Virus record (IMG/VR): IMGVR_UViG_3300042892_002114
Location: 27,315 to 91,314 of that record
DNA from: a virus
Length of the DNA: 64,000 bases
Direction: 5' to 3' (one strand)
The notes beneath the pieces were generated by a model, which was not told the DNA's origin, searched no databases, and saw only the letters and a program-made list of their open reading frames with translations. Positions 7,935 to 18,371 of this stretch are shown here, one piece after another. Position 1 is the stretch's first letter. Each line of letters begins with the position of its first letter. The position numbers were made by a program, and so were the translations under genes.

Positions 7935-10487
7935 TTAGAAGGGTTTGAATGTGTACCATTGTCTCCAATATGGCTCGCTAGTGGTTGAATAGACCTTTAA
8001 GTCATTCTTGGCCATAAACTCATTGACGGCTTTTCTGACGCCAAATTTTCCAGCATACACAGGTTCTTTTCCGGAACCTGTCAGCCAAATATCACCGTCG
8101 TCCGGAATATAATCATCGCCACAGAACAACCCACCTTTCTTTACCTTTGGCCACCAAGCTTTCATATCACGCACAACTCCTTCATAAGAATGATCGGCGT
8201 CAATATAAACAAAGTCAAAATGTTCATCTGGAAACATATGAGCACTGGCCGCACTGTCCATGCGAATGATATGAGCACGATTTTGCCATGGTTTGATGTT
8301 CTCACAGGTCTTCACCAAGCAATCGTAATGATACTTATCATCTTGACCGTTCATATCAACATAGCTGCTAAGATGACGCCAAGCATCCACTAGATATAGT
8401 TGACCTTCGTGCCAACGTTCCAATATTATCTTTGAATACTCTCCTCTGAGTACTCCAATTTCAATTCCTTTTCCGTGTGGAAACATATCATTGACCAATA
8501 CCGCCAAATCTCGCTTGTCCGGACATCCACGAGCGTCAAGCATTTTTTGCAAATCCGTGTTTCTATCATCAATCTTCACTTCCGATTTGGTTGCAAAAAT
8601 GAACCCACCCTGTGCGTGTAAGCTTTGGACGGTGCAATTGAACCCAGCCGTTTTCAACTGGTTCAATACCAAAGTTGCATCTTTTTCATAAGTTCTTCCG
8701 CCAATGATATGATATTCCATTAGAATATTATCAATCATAGCCAAATCCGAATCATCCATTGAAGCGAACAAATCATATTCAGCGGTTTCTATGTCCACCT
8801 TCATCAAATCAATCTTTTGGATGTTATATTTCGTCACAAACGATTTGAACGATGTTGCATCTACTTTATACGATGTGTCCGAACCATTCACATTTGCCAC
8901 CGATGATACGATGGAATTTTTGCTGTCAACAAAGAATTCAAGTTGACCATCTTTATTGGACATAGCTTTCTCTACAACCACAACTTCATCTCCAAAAGAA
9001 TTCTTCAATATTTTCAATGCATCCCTATTTGGTTCAACCGAGTAAACTTTTTGGCATTTTGCCGTGTGTTTTATATATTCTGTCCACAGCCCGATATTTG
9101 CACCCACGTCAACAACAGTGTTAAATGTCTTTCCGTGTAAATATTTGTCATATATCTTATCAACAAAGAATTCCGTGTAATTCATATATGTCGGCTGTGT
9201 GTCGTTTTTAAGAATAGATTGATATTTGTTGAATGCGGCGGGCTTTATGCGAAAAGTCTTGGAATCTAGCAATACACCGTTTTGATAAAATTCCACCAAC
9301 AATCCACCAAAGTATGGCTCGGTTTCATAATCAATCACGTGCTTCGGGGTAGGAATAATCCACCATTCCAAATTGGCAGGAAGCTGTGGATATTCAACAG
9401 CCCACACCACAGTGCGAGAATCCAGTTCTTTCACGGAGATGAGTAAATTATCTACGGTTTTATTGGCCGAGAATAGTACCTTGTTGTCTGTATTGTCGTA
9501 TTTTACGTTGAAGCGAGTCATAGATTTTTCTGTATATAGGTTTAGGGCTTTTAGTATTTTGTTTAAATTTTCATCCTTGCTATCATAATCAAGATATTTG
9601 ATATTTTCATATTTGTCATACATTCCCATATACACAGGAGAATTATAAATCAACGTTGGTATATTGTATGATATTGCTTCGCGTATAACCAATGGACTTG
9701 TTTCTTTGTCTCCATTTTCATCCTTGGACACAAACAGAAACAAATCGGCTGCTTGATAAAAATTATCCACATCTTTTCTTTCATTCCACCATTTGCAGTT
9801 GGATGGAAAATCTTTCATCAACGGTTCCCAATAGCTTCTAAAATTGTCTGCTTGATTTCCAATAAAATGAAACTGGATAGGTTGGTCTTTGAGTATTCTG
9901 GCATACTCAATAATTTCTTTTTGGTTTTTTCTTGATGTGAACAAACCAACGTGCACCACATGCTTTTTCTTTGGATCAAGACCCAACACTCTCAGTGCTT
10001 CTTCTCTTGGCTTTCTGGGGTTGATGAGAATAGGATATTCACAAACTTCGGACGGTACATCAATATCTTTGAGATTTTCTTTTTGATATTTGCTCACATA
10101 TATCAATCGGTCTGGAAAGAATACTTTACCTTTTGGATCAAAGCTGCTGTCATGCGATGTTTCAATGATTTTATATCGTCTATCTTTGATGTATATCTTT
10201 TTGGCAATATCATGGTCCATGAAATATTCTGGCATTTCTTCCAGATGCACAACGTCGGGGTCCAAATCTTTGATTATGTCAACTATTTTTGAGCGATCAT
10301 AGTTCACAGAAATCAACCTGTCTTTGAGAATTTCTTTTATTTTGTTCTTTTGTACTGTGAAACAGCCGTGGTCTGCATACTCAATACAATATATCTCGTG
10401 GTCTTTGTGCAAGACCTGTATCTTCTTCAACAAAAATTGCGGACAGCCACCCGTCGATAAATGCGGAGTAATATATAAAATTTTCAT
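7935..10487 (-). CDS. Tri-domain enzyme: GT4 glycosyltransferase + FkbM methyltransferase + class I (Methyltransf_24-like) methyltransferase
   Basis: HLSTGG..RKNQ..ETSPLVIREA; VVDVGANIG..MKVDIE; IEIGVLRG..FVYIDADHSYEG..GGLFCGDDY. Confidence 0.85.
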   Translation of the reverse strand: MKILYITPHLSTGGCPQFLLKKIQVLHKDHEIYCIEYADHGCFTVQKNKIKEILKDRLISVNYDRSKIVDIIKDLDPDVVHLEEMPEYFMDHDIAKKIYIKDRRYKIIETSHDSSFDPKGKVFFPDRLIYVSKYQKENLKDIDVPSEVCEYPILINPRKPREEALRVLGLDPKKKHVVHVGLFTSRKNQKEIIEYARILKDQPIQFHFIGNQADNFRSYWEPLMKDFPSNCKWWNERKDVDNFYQAADLFLFVSKDENGDKETSPLVIREAISYNIPTLIYNSPVYMGMYDKYENIKYLDYDSKDENLNKILKALNLYTEKSMTRFNVKYDNTDNKVLFSANKTVDNLLISVKELDSRTVVWAVEYPQLPANLEWWIIPTPKHVIDYETEPYFGGLLVEFYQNGVLLDSKTFRIKPAAFNKYQSILKNDTQPTYMNYTEFFVDKIYDKYLHGKTFNTVVDVGANIGLWTEYIKHTAKCQKVYSVEPNRDALKILKNSFGDEVVVVEKAMSNKDGQLEFFVDSKNSIVSSVANVNGSDTSYKVDATSFKSFVTKYNIQKIDLMKVDIETAEYDLFASMDDSDLAMIDNILMEYHIIGGRTYEKDATLVLNQLKTAGFNCTVQSLHAQGGFIFATKSEVKIDDRNTDLQKMLDARGCPDKRDLAVLVNDMFPHGKGIEIGVLRGEYSKIILERWHEGQLYLVDAWRHLSSYVDMNGQDDKYHYDCLVKTCENIKPWQNRAHIIRMDSAASAHMFPDEHFDFVYIDADHSYEGVVRDMKAWWPKVKKGGLFCGDDYIPDDGDIWLTGSGKEPVYAGKFGVRKAVNEFMAKNDLKVYSTTSEPYWRQWYTFKPF

Positions 10488-10522
10488 CTTTAGTAGAGTA
10501 TAACCATTGTTTTATTTGTCAA
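10485..10522 (-). promoter_or_regulatory. Sigma70-like promoter with leaderless architecture for glycosylation cluster I
   Basis: Minus strand reads TTGACA-N16-TACTCT-N7-ATG(10487), the same spacing as the array elements. Confidence 0.55.
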
Positions 10523-10679
10523 GCGAAATTTACAAGAATCGCTCGTTCATATATATTGAATACCAAAACAAATTTCAAGTTTTGTATTTATATAATTACT
10601 TCTTTAGTAATAAAAAATTAATAGTTTATACAGTTCAAAAAGAAAAAGCACCGCTCAGGCACCATTATAGAAACCACCG

Positions 10680-12785
10680 CTACCCACCACCGCCAACCAA
10701 CGTGGTTCCGCTTGGATCAACGAATATTTGTTTTTTTAATGGCAAGAACGTTTGATTATATATAAAAGTATAAGAATCTTCACCATATGCAAGTTGATGG
10801 GCACCATCATATAGTTCAGCTTCAATTTCAAACAATTCGTTTCTTAAAGTGGCTTTTATTGGAATCTTTATTTTAAAATTATCCACCGAATAATCCAACG
10901 CCTGATATGAACACAGGTTGAGTTTTGATATACTCCAAGTACCGGACACAGGAACCAACATTATTGTGCCATATCTTTCTATATCAGAAAAGAAAGTTGA
11001 TTTGTATCTTCGACCAGCGCCAAATTTAAATGTACTATCAATTGTGGCAATCTTTATTTTGTCGTCGCCGCTTACAAAATAAACATACAACACCGAAGTG
11101 CTGCTGTTTTCAACCGACGGTTTTACGTTTATAGAAAACTCGTACAATGAATTTTGTTTCAATGTGATTGGATTGCTGTCATATACAGCACCTTGTATCA
11201 AATTTTCTTGAGAATTTGTATATGAAGTCAATTCTGGTGCATTATCAAGTCCCAGATATGATGCAGTTGGATATGATGCAAAATTTATAAAAGCATCCGA
11301 TTTACCATACCAATAAGAATTTGGTAGTAAGGTATAACTTATATACGCCGCAGTTCTACCGACACTTGTATCATCTTTATATATCACATAATCAATTTGA
11401 TTTTCATTTCCTGTGTGAGATACAGTGACACCGTCAATAAACACTTGGTTGGTTTGTGAAAACCCACAACTGCCTTGAACCAGCCAATATTTGGAAACAT
11501 GTGCCGCGTTGTAAAATTCACCGGGATTATTGTACAGTCCATTATCAAATTTGGTTGTTGAAATTAAATTTGTAGGTTTTATTTTTCCTTCACAAATCAA
11601 TGTTTTTGTTTCTGGACTATTTAGGCTGCGACCGTAAACTTTATAGCTATTCAGATCTCCACATAATACTCGCAAATTGTTGAAATAAATATCCAATATG
11701 GATTTTTTGTAGAAAGTGGAACCAGATACAATTGCTCGTGGCAATTCAGTTACAATATTTTTGTGAATAATTTCAAACTCACCATTATCAATACTCAATA
11801 TGTAAAAATTCTTTTTGTGATTAACGGTCTGCTTTGATGGATCATTGCTTGTACCATATCCCTTTATATTTGCCAAGTTATTTTTAGCATATGAAGAATC
11901 TTGATTGGAACGATCTATCAAATCAGACACAGTTGAAAAAGGAATATCTAATAACACCGTTGTGTCATTTACTACGCTGTCAATTTTTGCTATAAAATCG
12001 GTAGAAATCAATCCTTCGTATTGTATTTGGTTGTTTGTATAATTGGTATATGTAAATTTCTTTACGGTTGGACTCTTGATACGAACTTGTTCACCTTCCA
12101 TGGATGAACTGAATTTTGATCCACCTTTCCAATATAATTGATAAATTGGCTTGTCGTATTGATAATCATAATCACCATCCGAGTTATTTTTTGGAAATAC
12201 GGCAATTGATGAAAATGAACCGGACGATATACAATAGGAAGATGTTGGATATATTGGACAATCATATATTTCTGATGAAACTTCAATATATGGAGAATCA
12301 AAGAATCTTACTTCAGTGTCTGTCTTTTTAGTTGGATCAATCAATATATTGCTAGACCATAATATATTTACTTTTGTCAGCGGGGTGGGCGACGGAGCTT
12401 GAATCAGTGGAAGGCGCTGATTTTTATCTATTTTATATCCATTGTTCTTAAAGTAAGCAATTATTCCGGTATAATCTCCAGTATCAAGTCCAATCGAACG
12501 TATTTCCAACCTACCAATGCCAGTTGGTGTGGTTGATGGAATATTAACATAATACAACCTACCAGAATCAGTAACTTCACTGTATTTTGCGTCAGTTGGA
12601 CGTATAATACCAGAAGATAATATATTACCATCCACATCATATGCAGATAATGTAATATCCGAATCTGGAACAACCAAGTTAGTCGGATTTACAATGAATG
12701 AATTTTTTCCAGATTTGAGCGTATCCTTAAAGTCGGATAAAATAAAATATGTATTCTGCGAGTTGCTATCCGGTACTGTGTCCAT
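10680..12785 (-). CDS. Hypothetical protein, probably virion structural
   Basis: 701-aa S/T/N-rich beta-type sequence; upstream ATATTTAT motif at 12807-12814. Confidence 0.55.
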   Translation of the reverse strand: MDTVPDSNSQNTYFILSDFKDTLKSGKNSFIVNPTNLVVPDSDITLSAYDVDGNILSSGIIRPTDAKYSEVTDSGRLYYVNIPSTTPTGIGRLEIRSIGLDTGDYTGIIAYFKNNGYKIDKNQRLPLIQAPSPTPLTKVNILWSSNILIDPTKKTDTEVRFFDSPYIEVSSEIYDCPIYPTSSYCISSGSFSSIAVFPKNNSDGDYDYQYDKPIYQLYWKGGSKFSSSMEGEQVRIKSPTVKKFTYTNYTNNQIQYEGLISTDFIAKIDSVVNDTTVLLDIPFSTVSDLIDRSNQDSSYAKNNLANIKGYGTSNDPSKQTVNHKKNFYILSIDNGEFEIIHKNIVTELPRAIVSGSTFYKKSILDIYFNNLRVLCGDLNSYKVYGRSLNSPETKTLICEGKIKPTNLISTTKFDNGLYNNPGEFYNAAHVSKYWLVQGSCGFSQTNQVFIDGVTVSHTGNENQIDYVIYKDDTSVGRTAAYISYTLLPNSYWYGKSDAFINFASYPTASYLGLDNAPELTSYTNSQENLIQGAVYDSNPITLKQNSLYEFSINVKPSVENSSTSVLYVYFVSGDDKIKIATIDSTFKFGAGRRYKSTFFSDIERYGTIMLVPVSGTWSISKLNLCSYQALDYSVDNFKIKIPIKATLRNELFEIEAELYDGAHQLAYGEDSYTFIYNQTFLPLKKQIFVDPSGTTLVGGGG

Positions 12786-12830
12786 AGGTTGTATATACGC
12801 CTATGGATAAATATGACTCAGACGTTGTTA

Positions 12831-15800
12831 TCAAACGTGATTTATATGTGAAAATCCATCAATCTTCCTGATTTCCAGTTGTTTGTCTACCATGTCTCGC
12901 ATTGCGTCAATATGACTTATTATTATAATAAAATCAAAATGGGGCTTCAGATAATTAAATAACGAATGTAACATCGGAAAATTGGATGCATCCAACGCAG
13001 ATACCCCTTCGTCAACTACCAAAAAGTTGGAACGCGGTAGATTGCTGATGTTGATCAAGGATACTCTCAAAGCCAAAGCACTAACAAACTTTTCCATACC
13101 AGAGCATAGTTCCAATGGCCATTTTTTGTCATCATATTTGATATATACATTGACATTCTTGCCATCTGTTTCAATACTCATACTAAACTCAACCATTTGA
13201 GATAATATATTATTTACTTCTTGTTCAATTCTTGGAATGGCATCTGAAATAATTTTATATGGTACGCCATCTTTACCAATTGAAGTTAGATAATATTGAT
13301 AAGCAGCAAGCTCGTTTTCATACTCTTCTACTTTTTTGATTTGTTCTTCGATATTTTTTATTTGGTCTGTCAATGACACTTTGCGGCTATACGCATCCAC
13401 ATATTCTCGCTCAATATTCTTTAGTTTTGATGTTATAGTAGCAACATCATTTTTCAAATCGTAAACAGATGATTCAACCAGTTTGTTGCTTTCTACAATT
13501 TCTTTGGACTTTTCATACAACTCAACCAGATTGTCAATATCAACTATTCTATTAGAGTTTTTAGAAATTAAATTATTGAGATTGGATTTTTCCAGTTCTT
13601 TCTTGGAAATGAATGCTGTGAGTGTATTGATAGTTTCTTTGAGCAGCACACTTTGTTCATATTGAGCCACAAATGGTTCAACTTCTATAATCTGTGTTTT
13701 GATGGTTGATATGGCATCAAACAGTTCTCTTGCATCAGTTTTGTCGGATTCCAAACTATCTTTAGCAGATATAGCATCTTTTACAAACGCATTATCACAG
13801 CAATATTCACAATTTGGATCATATTTGTGGTTGGATAGATGTTCTATTTTCTTGAGTTTTTCTTTGACCACGAGCTTAAATTTTTCCAATTCTTGCTCAA
13901 GACGAGTTTTTTGACGAACAAAACTTGCATGCTTGTCCGATTTTTCTTTTAGATCATCTGGAAATGCAGATAGTTTATTGGAAGCATCCACATATTCTTT
14001 TTTCTTTGACTCTGTGTTTGTGTCAATAACCGAAATAGCATCAACAGATTGACTATTTTTTGTTTCTAAAGTTTCGCGCTCTTTTTTTAGAGCAAATACA
14101 TTTGTTGGCACATTTTCAAGTTTTATAATCTTGGCTTGTTGTTCAACGATTTTATTATCAAGTTCATTCTTCTTTGATGAATATTGATCGCGTTGACCAG
14201 TCAAATCAATAAGTTTGGACTCTGCCAATCCCAAATCATTTTTATTGGACTCAATCTTGACTTGATTGTTTTCTTTGTTGAATGACTTGATGGCACCTGT
14301 TAGTTCTTTTAGTTTGTCATTGCCCTTGGCCACAAGTTTATCAAACACATTTAGACCAATGAACTGACACAACAAATCCTTGCGTTCAGTTTGACCCATT
14401 TCAACAAACGACCCTTGATTGCCTTGTAATGCAAGTGAAGTTAGTACAAAGTCATCATAATCGCCGATATAATCACGAATGATTTCATTTGTGCTTCTGC
14501 GAGCTTCACTGTTGAGGCTAATCTTTTCGTCTTTCTCCATCTTATAGAAGTTTACATCAACTTTTACATTGCCTTTTTTATCTCTGATGCCTTTGCGCTC
14601 AATGATATATTGAATATCATTTATCTCAAATGTGAACTTGCCATGAAAAGACATTTTTTGTGAGTTCATCACATGAGTTGCTTTGAATGCTCTGGCACTT
14701 TTATCAAATGCTGTAAAGCATAATGCGTCCATCAATGATGATTTTCCGCTCGCATTATTTGCGAACAAACCATACACATCTTCCAGTTTAGTAAAGTCAA
14801 TCACATTGTTTTCACCATAACTAAACATATTACTGAACTCAAACTTGATTGGCTTCCAACGAATGTTGCGTGAAGTGTCATCTTTGCTCAAATCAGCATT
14901 GAGGTCTTTGTTGATTTTATGAACAGACTCAAGTGTGCCATCGTCCATAATATCTGGATATTTAGCTTTGAGTGCTTCACTAATAAGTTTATTTTGATAA
15001 TCAACATTGCCAATCTGACTCAAGTTGGCAGCAGCTTGAACACTTACAACTTTAGAAGCATCGTCGCCATCAACTCGCATATAAATAATGTCGCTGATTT
15101 CATGCGTCTTTTTGATTTCATTTACTACCTTTTTTAGTTCAGTAGCAATAGTTTCTTTGCAACGCACACGAAGTTTTGGCTTCTTGGGCATTGTGCTTAT
15201 ATCAGTCATCAACTTGCCGTCATCAATATCAATAGTGAAATAACCATAATCATTTGGTATTTCTACATGCTTGTATGCTCTGTTCTTTATATCCCACAAA
15301 CAAATGCCGTGACCAAGCAATGCTTCGCCATGATTTTGTTGAATAACCGAACCAGCATAACGAATGATTGGTTTTTCTGATACTGGATCGCACATTTGCA
15401 GATTTTGTGCCAAATGAATATCACCCAACAATGCCATATCATGACCATCAAACATATCATTCATGATACTCTTGTTGGTTACGGTATAACCCACATCAGT
15501 CTTGGCGTCAAATACACCACCATGAAATAAAGCAATCTTTGTATCAAACTCCGTCTTGATTTTCTTGGTCACATCTTTCATTTTTATAAATGAAGTATGG
15601 TCGGTGAAAATAGACATGTTATTTATAAGAATATTAGCAAATGAATACAACTTGCTTTCTTTTAGATAATAAAGATTGTCATGAGCCAAATTTTCTACAA
15701 TAGGAGTCAAACTATCCAATCTCGTTGTGTTTGTGAGAAGACAATCATGATTGCCCGCAATAACAATCGTAGGACGCAAATCAGATAAACTCTTTAGAAG

Positions 15801-16034
15801 GTCGCTCATGAGTTGAACACATTCGGGCGAAAGGTCAACTTTGCTGTGTGTGAGGTCTCCCGCTATAACAACCAATGTGTTTACTGGTGTCTTTTTAACC
15901 TCTTCATACACCTTCCCAAACACTTCACGATATTCTTCATGGCGTTTGGTCAAACGAATATGAATGTCCGCCATATGAACAATATAATCCACTCTGGTTA
16001 GATTGGTGTTTAGTTTCTCAAATGTATCTATCAT
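12831..16034 (-). CDS. Fused Mre11/SbcD nuclease - Rad50/SbcC ATPase (T4 gp47+gp46-like recombination nuclease)
   Basis: ADIH, AGD, GNHD, GDIH metallophosphoesterase motifs; Walker A ANNASGKSS, coiled coil with CEYC zinc hook, signature CSGME, Walker B LVVDEG, IISH. Confidence 0.92.
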   Translation of the reverse strand: MIDTFEKLNTNLTRVDYIVHMADIHIRLTKRHEEYREVFGKVYEEVKKTPVNTLVVIAGDLTHSKVDLSPECVQLMSDLLKSLSDLRPTIVIAGNHDCLLTNTTRLDSLTPIVENLAHDNLYYLKESKLYSFANILINNMSIFTDHTSFIKMKDVTKKIKTEFDTKIALFHGGVFDAKTDVGYTVTNKSIMNDMFDGHDMALLGDIHLAQNLQMCDPVSEKPIIRYAGSVIQQNHGEALLGHGICLWDIKNRAYKHVEIPNDYGYFTIDIDDGKLMTDISTMPKKPKLRVRCKETIATELKKVVNEIKKTHEISDIIYMRVDGDDASKVVSVQAAANLSQIGNVDYQNKLISEALKAKYPDIMDDGTLESVHKINKDLNADLSKDDTSRNIRWKPIKFEFSNMFSYGENNVIDFTKLEDVYGLFANNASGKSSLMDALCFTAFDKSARAFKATHVMNSQKMSFHGKFTFEINDIQYIIERKGIRDKKGNVKVDVNFYKMEKDEKISLNSEARRSTNEIIRDYIGDYDDFVLTSLALQGNQGSFVEMGQTERKDLLCQFIGLNVFDKLVAKGNDKLKELTGAIKSFNKENNQVKIESNKNDLGLAESKLIDLTGQRDQYSSKKNELDNKIVEQQAKIIKLENVPTNVFALKKERETLETKNSQSVDAISVIDTNTESKKKEYVDASNKLSAFPDDLKEKSDKHASFVRQKTRLEQELEKFKLVVKEKLKKIEHLSNHKYDPNCEYCCDNAFVKDAISAKDSLESDKTDARELFDAISTIKTQIIEVEPFVAQYEQSVLLKETINTLTAFISKKELEKSNLNNLISKNSNRIVDIDNLVELYEKSKEIVESNKLVESSVYDLKNDVATITSKLKNIEREYVDAYSRKVSLTDQIKNIEEQIKKVEEYENELAAYQYYLTSIGKDGVPYKIISDAIPRIEQEVNNILSQMVEFSMSIETDGKNVNVYIKYDDKKWPLELCSGMEKFVSALALRVSLINISNLPRSNFLVVDEGVSALDASNFPMLHSLFNYLKPHFDFIIIISHIDAMRDMVDKQLEIRKIDGFSHINHV

Positions 16035-16966
16035 AAAGTTTTTAGTTCGGCTATAAGCTTTGGCTCGTCAAATGTGGTTTCTTTCACCCGAAAGAACTTA
16101 CATTTTAGGCACTCTTCTATTTGTTGTTGTCTTATTGTATCTTTTTCTTTTAGCGTTCCATCCACATTATAATGATGCGGTTCGTCCCACTCAATCACTA
16201 TATTGCGGGTTGGTTCGTAATAGTCAATCCAATATCCAAGTTTTGCGAGGAAATGTTCTCCGCCATTCATTGCGTGCTTTCCATCCCACCCAAGTGCGGA
16301 GTTTATATTATCAAATACTTTACACGCGGATTTATTATATGATGGGACTATTTGATGGCCATTGTATTTGTCTTCCGCTATTTCTTTTATTCTTTTCAAC
16401 CGAAGCTTTGTTTTGCCTTCTTCCGATATTATTGGACCGGGAATATTTTTTAGTTTTCTTGTTTCGCTTATTTTCTTTCGAGTTTCTAATGTATGATTTT
16501 TTCCATACATTCCGTTATTCTCTCCCGCGTTGATTTCTTTTAGCCGTTCTATGGTTGCCAATGAGTGTTTTTTTCCCAGCATTGGATGTGTATATTTTTT
16601 ATGTCTTTTTACAAGACCGGCGCTGACATTTTTTCTCTGCGCTTCGGTCATTTTTACTCCACCTCTGTATGGAGGTTTATATCCAGCATCCATTCTTTTT
16701 TTGGCATGACAAGAACCGCATAAAGATTTTCTCTTTTTTCCGATTTGGTATCCACGCTTTGACTCGTATATCAACATCTTATTACACTTTGGGCAGTGTC
16801 TTATTCTTTTCTTTTGATCCCCAATAACGACCCATTCGGTTTTCACAGATAAGTGCTCTATGACGACTATAGTATAGTTTTGCTCGCTTCCGATTGTCTT
16901 CTCGGATTGACTCTGCGGTTCTTGTTTTTTTTCTTCCCATGATGATGTTGTGTTTGTATTGTTCAT
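16031..16966 (-). CDS. Putative free-standing homing endonuclease (Zn finger, NUMOD3 repeats, C-terminal Vsr/DUF559-like nuclease)
   Basis: CPKC..CGSC; GKKHSLATIERL and GKNHTLETRKKIS NUMOD3 repeats; YWIDYY..VIEWDEPHH..D..RQ nuclease motif. Confidence 0.7.
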   Translation of the reverse strand: MNNTNTTSSWEEKKQEPQSQSEKTIGSEQNYTIVVIEHLSVKTEWVVIGDQKKRIRHCPKCNKMLIYESKRGYQIGKKRKSLCGSCHAKKRMDAGYKPPYRGGVKMTEAQRKNVSAGLVKRHKKYTHPMLGKKHSLATIERLKEINAGENNGMYGKNHTLETRKKISETRKLKNIPGPIISEEGKTKLRLKRIKEIAEDKYNGHQIVPSYNKSACKVFDNINSALGWDGKHAMNGGEHFLAKLGYWIDYYEPTRNIVIEWDEPHHYNVDGTLKEKDTIRQQQIEECLKCKFFRVKETTFDEPKLIAELKTL

Positions 16967-17029
16967 ATAAACATAAATATATGTTGTTAGAACAAAAAGT
17001 GTTAGAACATACTTATTATATTATTATTA

Positions 17030-18001
17030 TTATTCCAATCTTAGCATTGTTAGTGCTCTAAAGTCAAGCACATCTGTTTTTCTAATCTGTTCCATTGTTT
17101 CAACAAATCCCAATGTGTTTGGGTCTTTGCCTTGCAGTCGAACCAACTTGGCTATTTTACCAATAGAGTTTATATATTCTGCGATGCGAATTGCATTATT
17201 CAATGCATCATCATCCAACACAATATTCACTTCTGGACATTTGCTTTGTATAATAGATGTCTTGAGTTTTTGACTCATACTTTTTCCAAAAAGTGGAATT
17301 GCATTTCTTTTTAGCGAGATTGCATCCAAAGCACCCTCACATAAATAAATTGGAAAATCAAAATCAACAAGGTTCTCAAATCCTACAATATTTTTACTAA
17401 ACTCGCTGTTCTTGTATTTGTAGCCATCATCATAATAACTGCGGCAACTATAAAAGTTTAAGTTATTGTTTTTATCATATGACGGAAATACAAGACGATT
17501 GGCAAATGGACCTGTTGCACAATATCCAATATTGTATTTTATAATATCACAGAATGATAGTTTGCGTTTTTTTGCATAGTTTAATGCAATACGATATTCT
17601 ATACTATCATCATTTTCAGCTAAACTTTTAAACTCATCTGGTAAACATAATATTTCACCACAATCTTCATATACTTTATTTGAAGTTAGTGAAGCAATCT
17701 TTTTATCAAACTCTGATAAACTATTTTTAGAAACATGTGCTCCTACAAGAGATTCCAACTTGTTGAACTGTTCTTGCGTGGCTTGTGCAAGTTTCAACAA
17801 CCAATATAATCCTCTGCCTTTTATATTACATGTCCAACAATGCCAAGCATTTGGAGCATCAAGACACACTTCCAATTTTCGCTTGCGATGATGACATTTT
17901 GGACAATGATATTGTAAATTATTTCCTTTACGCAGTCGTCCTGTGTCTTTTAGAACATTATTTACTAAAATTGTGAGTTCTGATGTTTTTAGCGACGACA
18001 T
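17030..18001 (-). CDS. DNA primase (Zn-binding + TOPRIM)
   Basis: CPKCHH..HCWTC zinc finger; YLCEGALDA and VLDDDA TOPRIM motifs; GKDPN. Confidence 0.88.
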   Translation of the reverse strand: MSSLKTSELTILVNNVLKDTGRLRKGNNLQYHCPKCHHRKRKLEVCLDAPNAWHCWTCNIKGRGLYWLLKLAQATQEQFNKLESLVGAHVSKNSLSEFDKKIASLTSNKVYEDCGEILCLPDEFKSLAENDDSIEYRIALNYAKKRKLSFCDIIKYNIGYCATGPFANRLVFPSYDKNNNLNFYSCRSYYDDGYKYKNSEFSKNIVGFENLVDFDFPIYLCEGALDAISLKRNAIPLFGKSMSQKLKTSIIQSKCPEVNIVLDDDALNNAIRIAEYINSIGKIAKLVRLQGKDPNTLGFVETMEQIRKTDVLDFRALTMLRLE

Positions 18002-18051
18002 TTACACCGTCACTATACACAAAAGTGTTATATGGTCAAACTATAAAATCA

Positions 18052-18342
18052 TTAGTATTGCTTATCGCCCTTTTCACTCTCATCTACAATCATAACAATA
18101 TCATTCATATAATCGCGCAAATCACGAAGCGCCTCTGTTGGGTCTTCTCTATTTTCATATGCAGAGATCATTGTGCGTTTTGCAATTTTTCTACATAATA
18201 TGCTATTTTGTTTAAGACGATGTATTTCGTGTATCAATGCCTGTATAAGTTCTTTTTCATCTTTAACAAGTCTTGACTTTATTGGAAAGTCTGGTCCATT
18301 ATTAAATGCTTGCCTTGCTATTGATGCTGGAGAATGGTTCAT
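18052..18342 (-). CDS. Hypothetical protein
   Basis: 96-aa ORF with ATATTTAT motif 5 nt upstream. Confidence 0.6.
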   Translation of the reverse strand: MNHSPASIARQAFNNGPDFPIKSRLVKDEKELIQALIHEIHRLKQNSILCRKIAKRTMISAYENREDPTEALRDLRDYMNDIVMIVDESEKGDKQY

Positions 18343-18371
18343 ATGTTATAAATATAACACCAAGACAGAAA

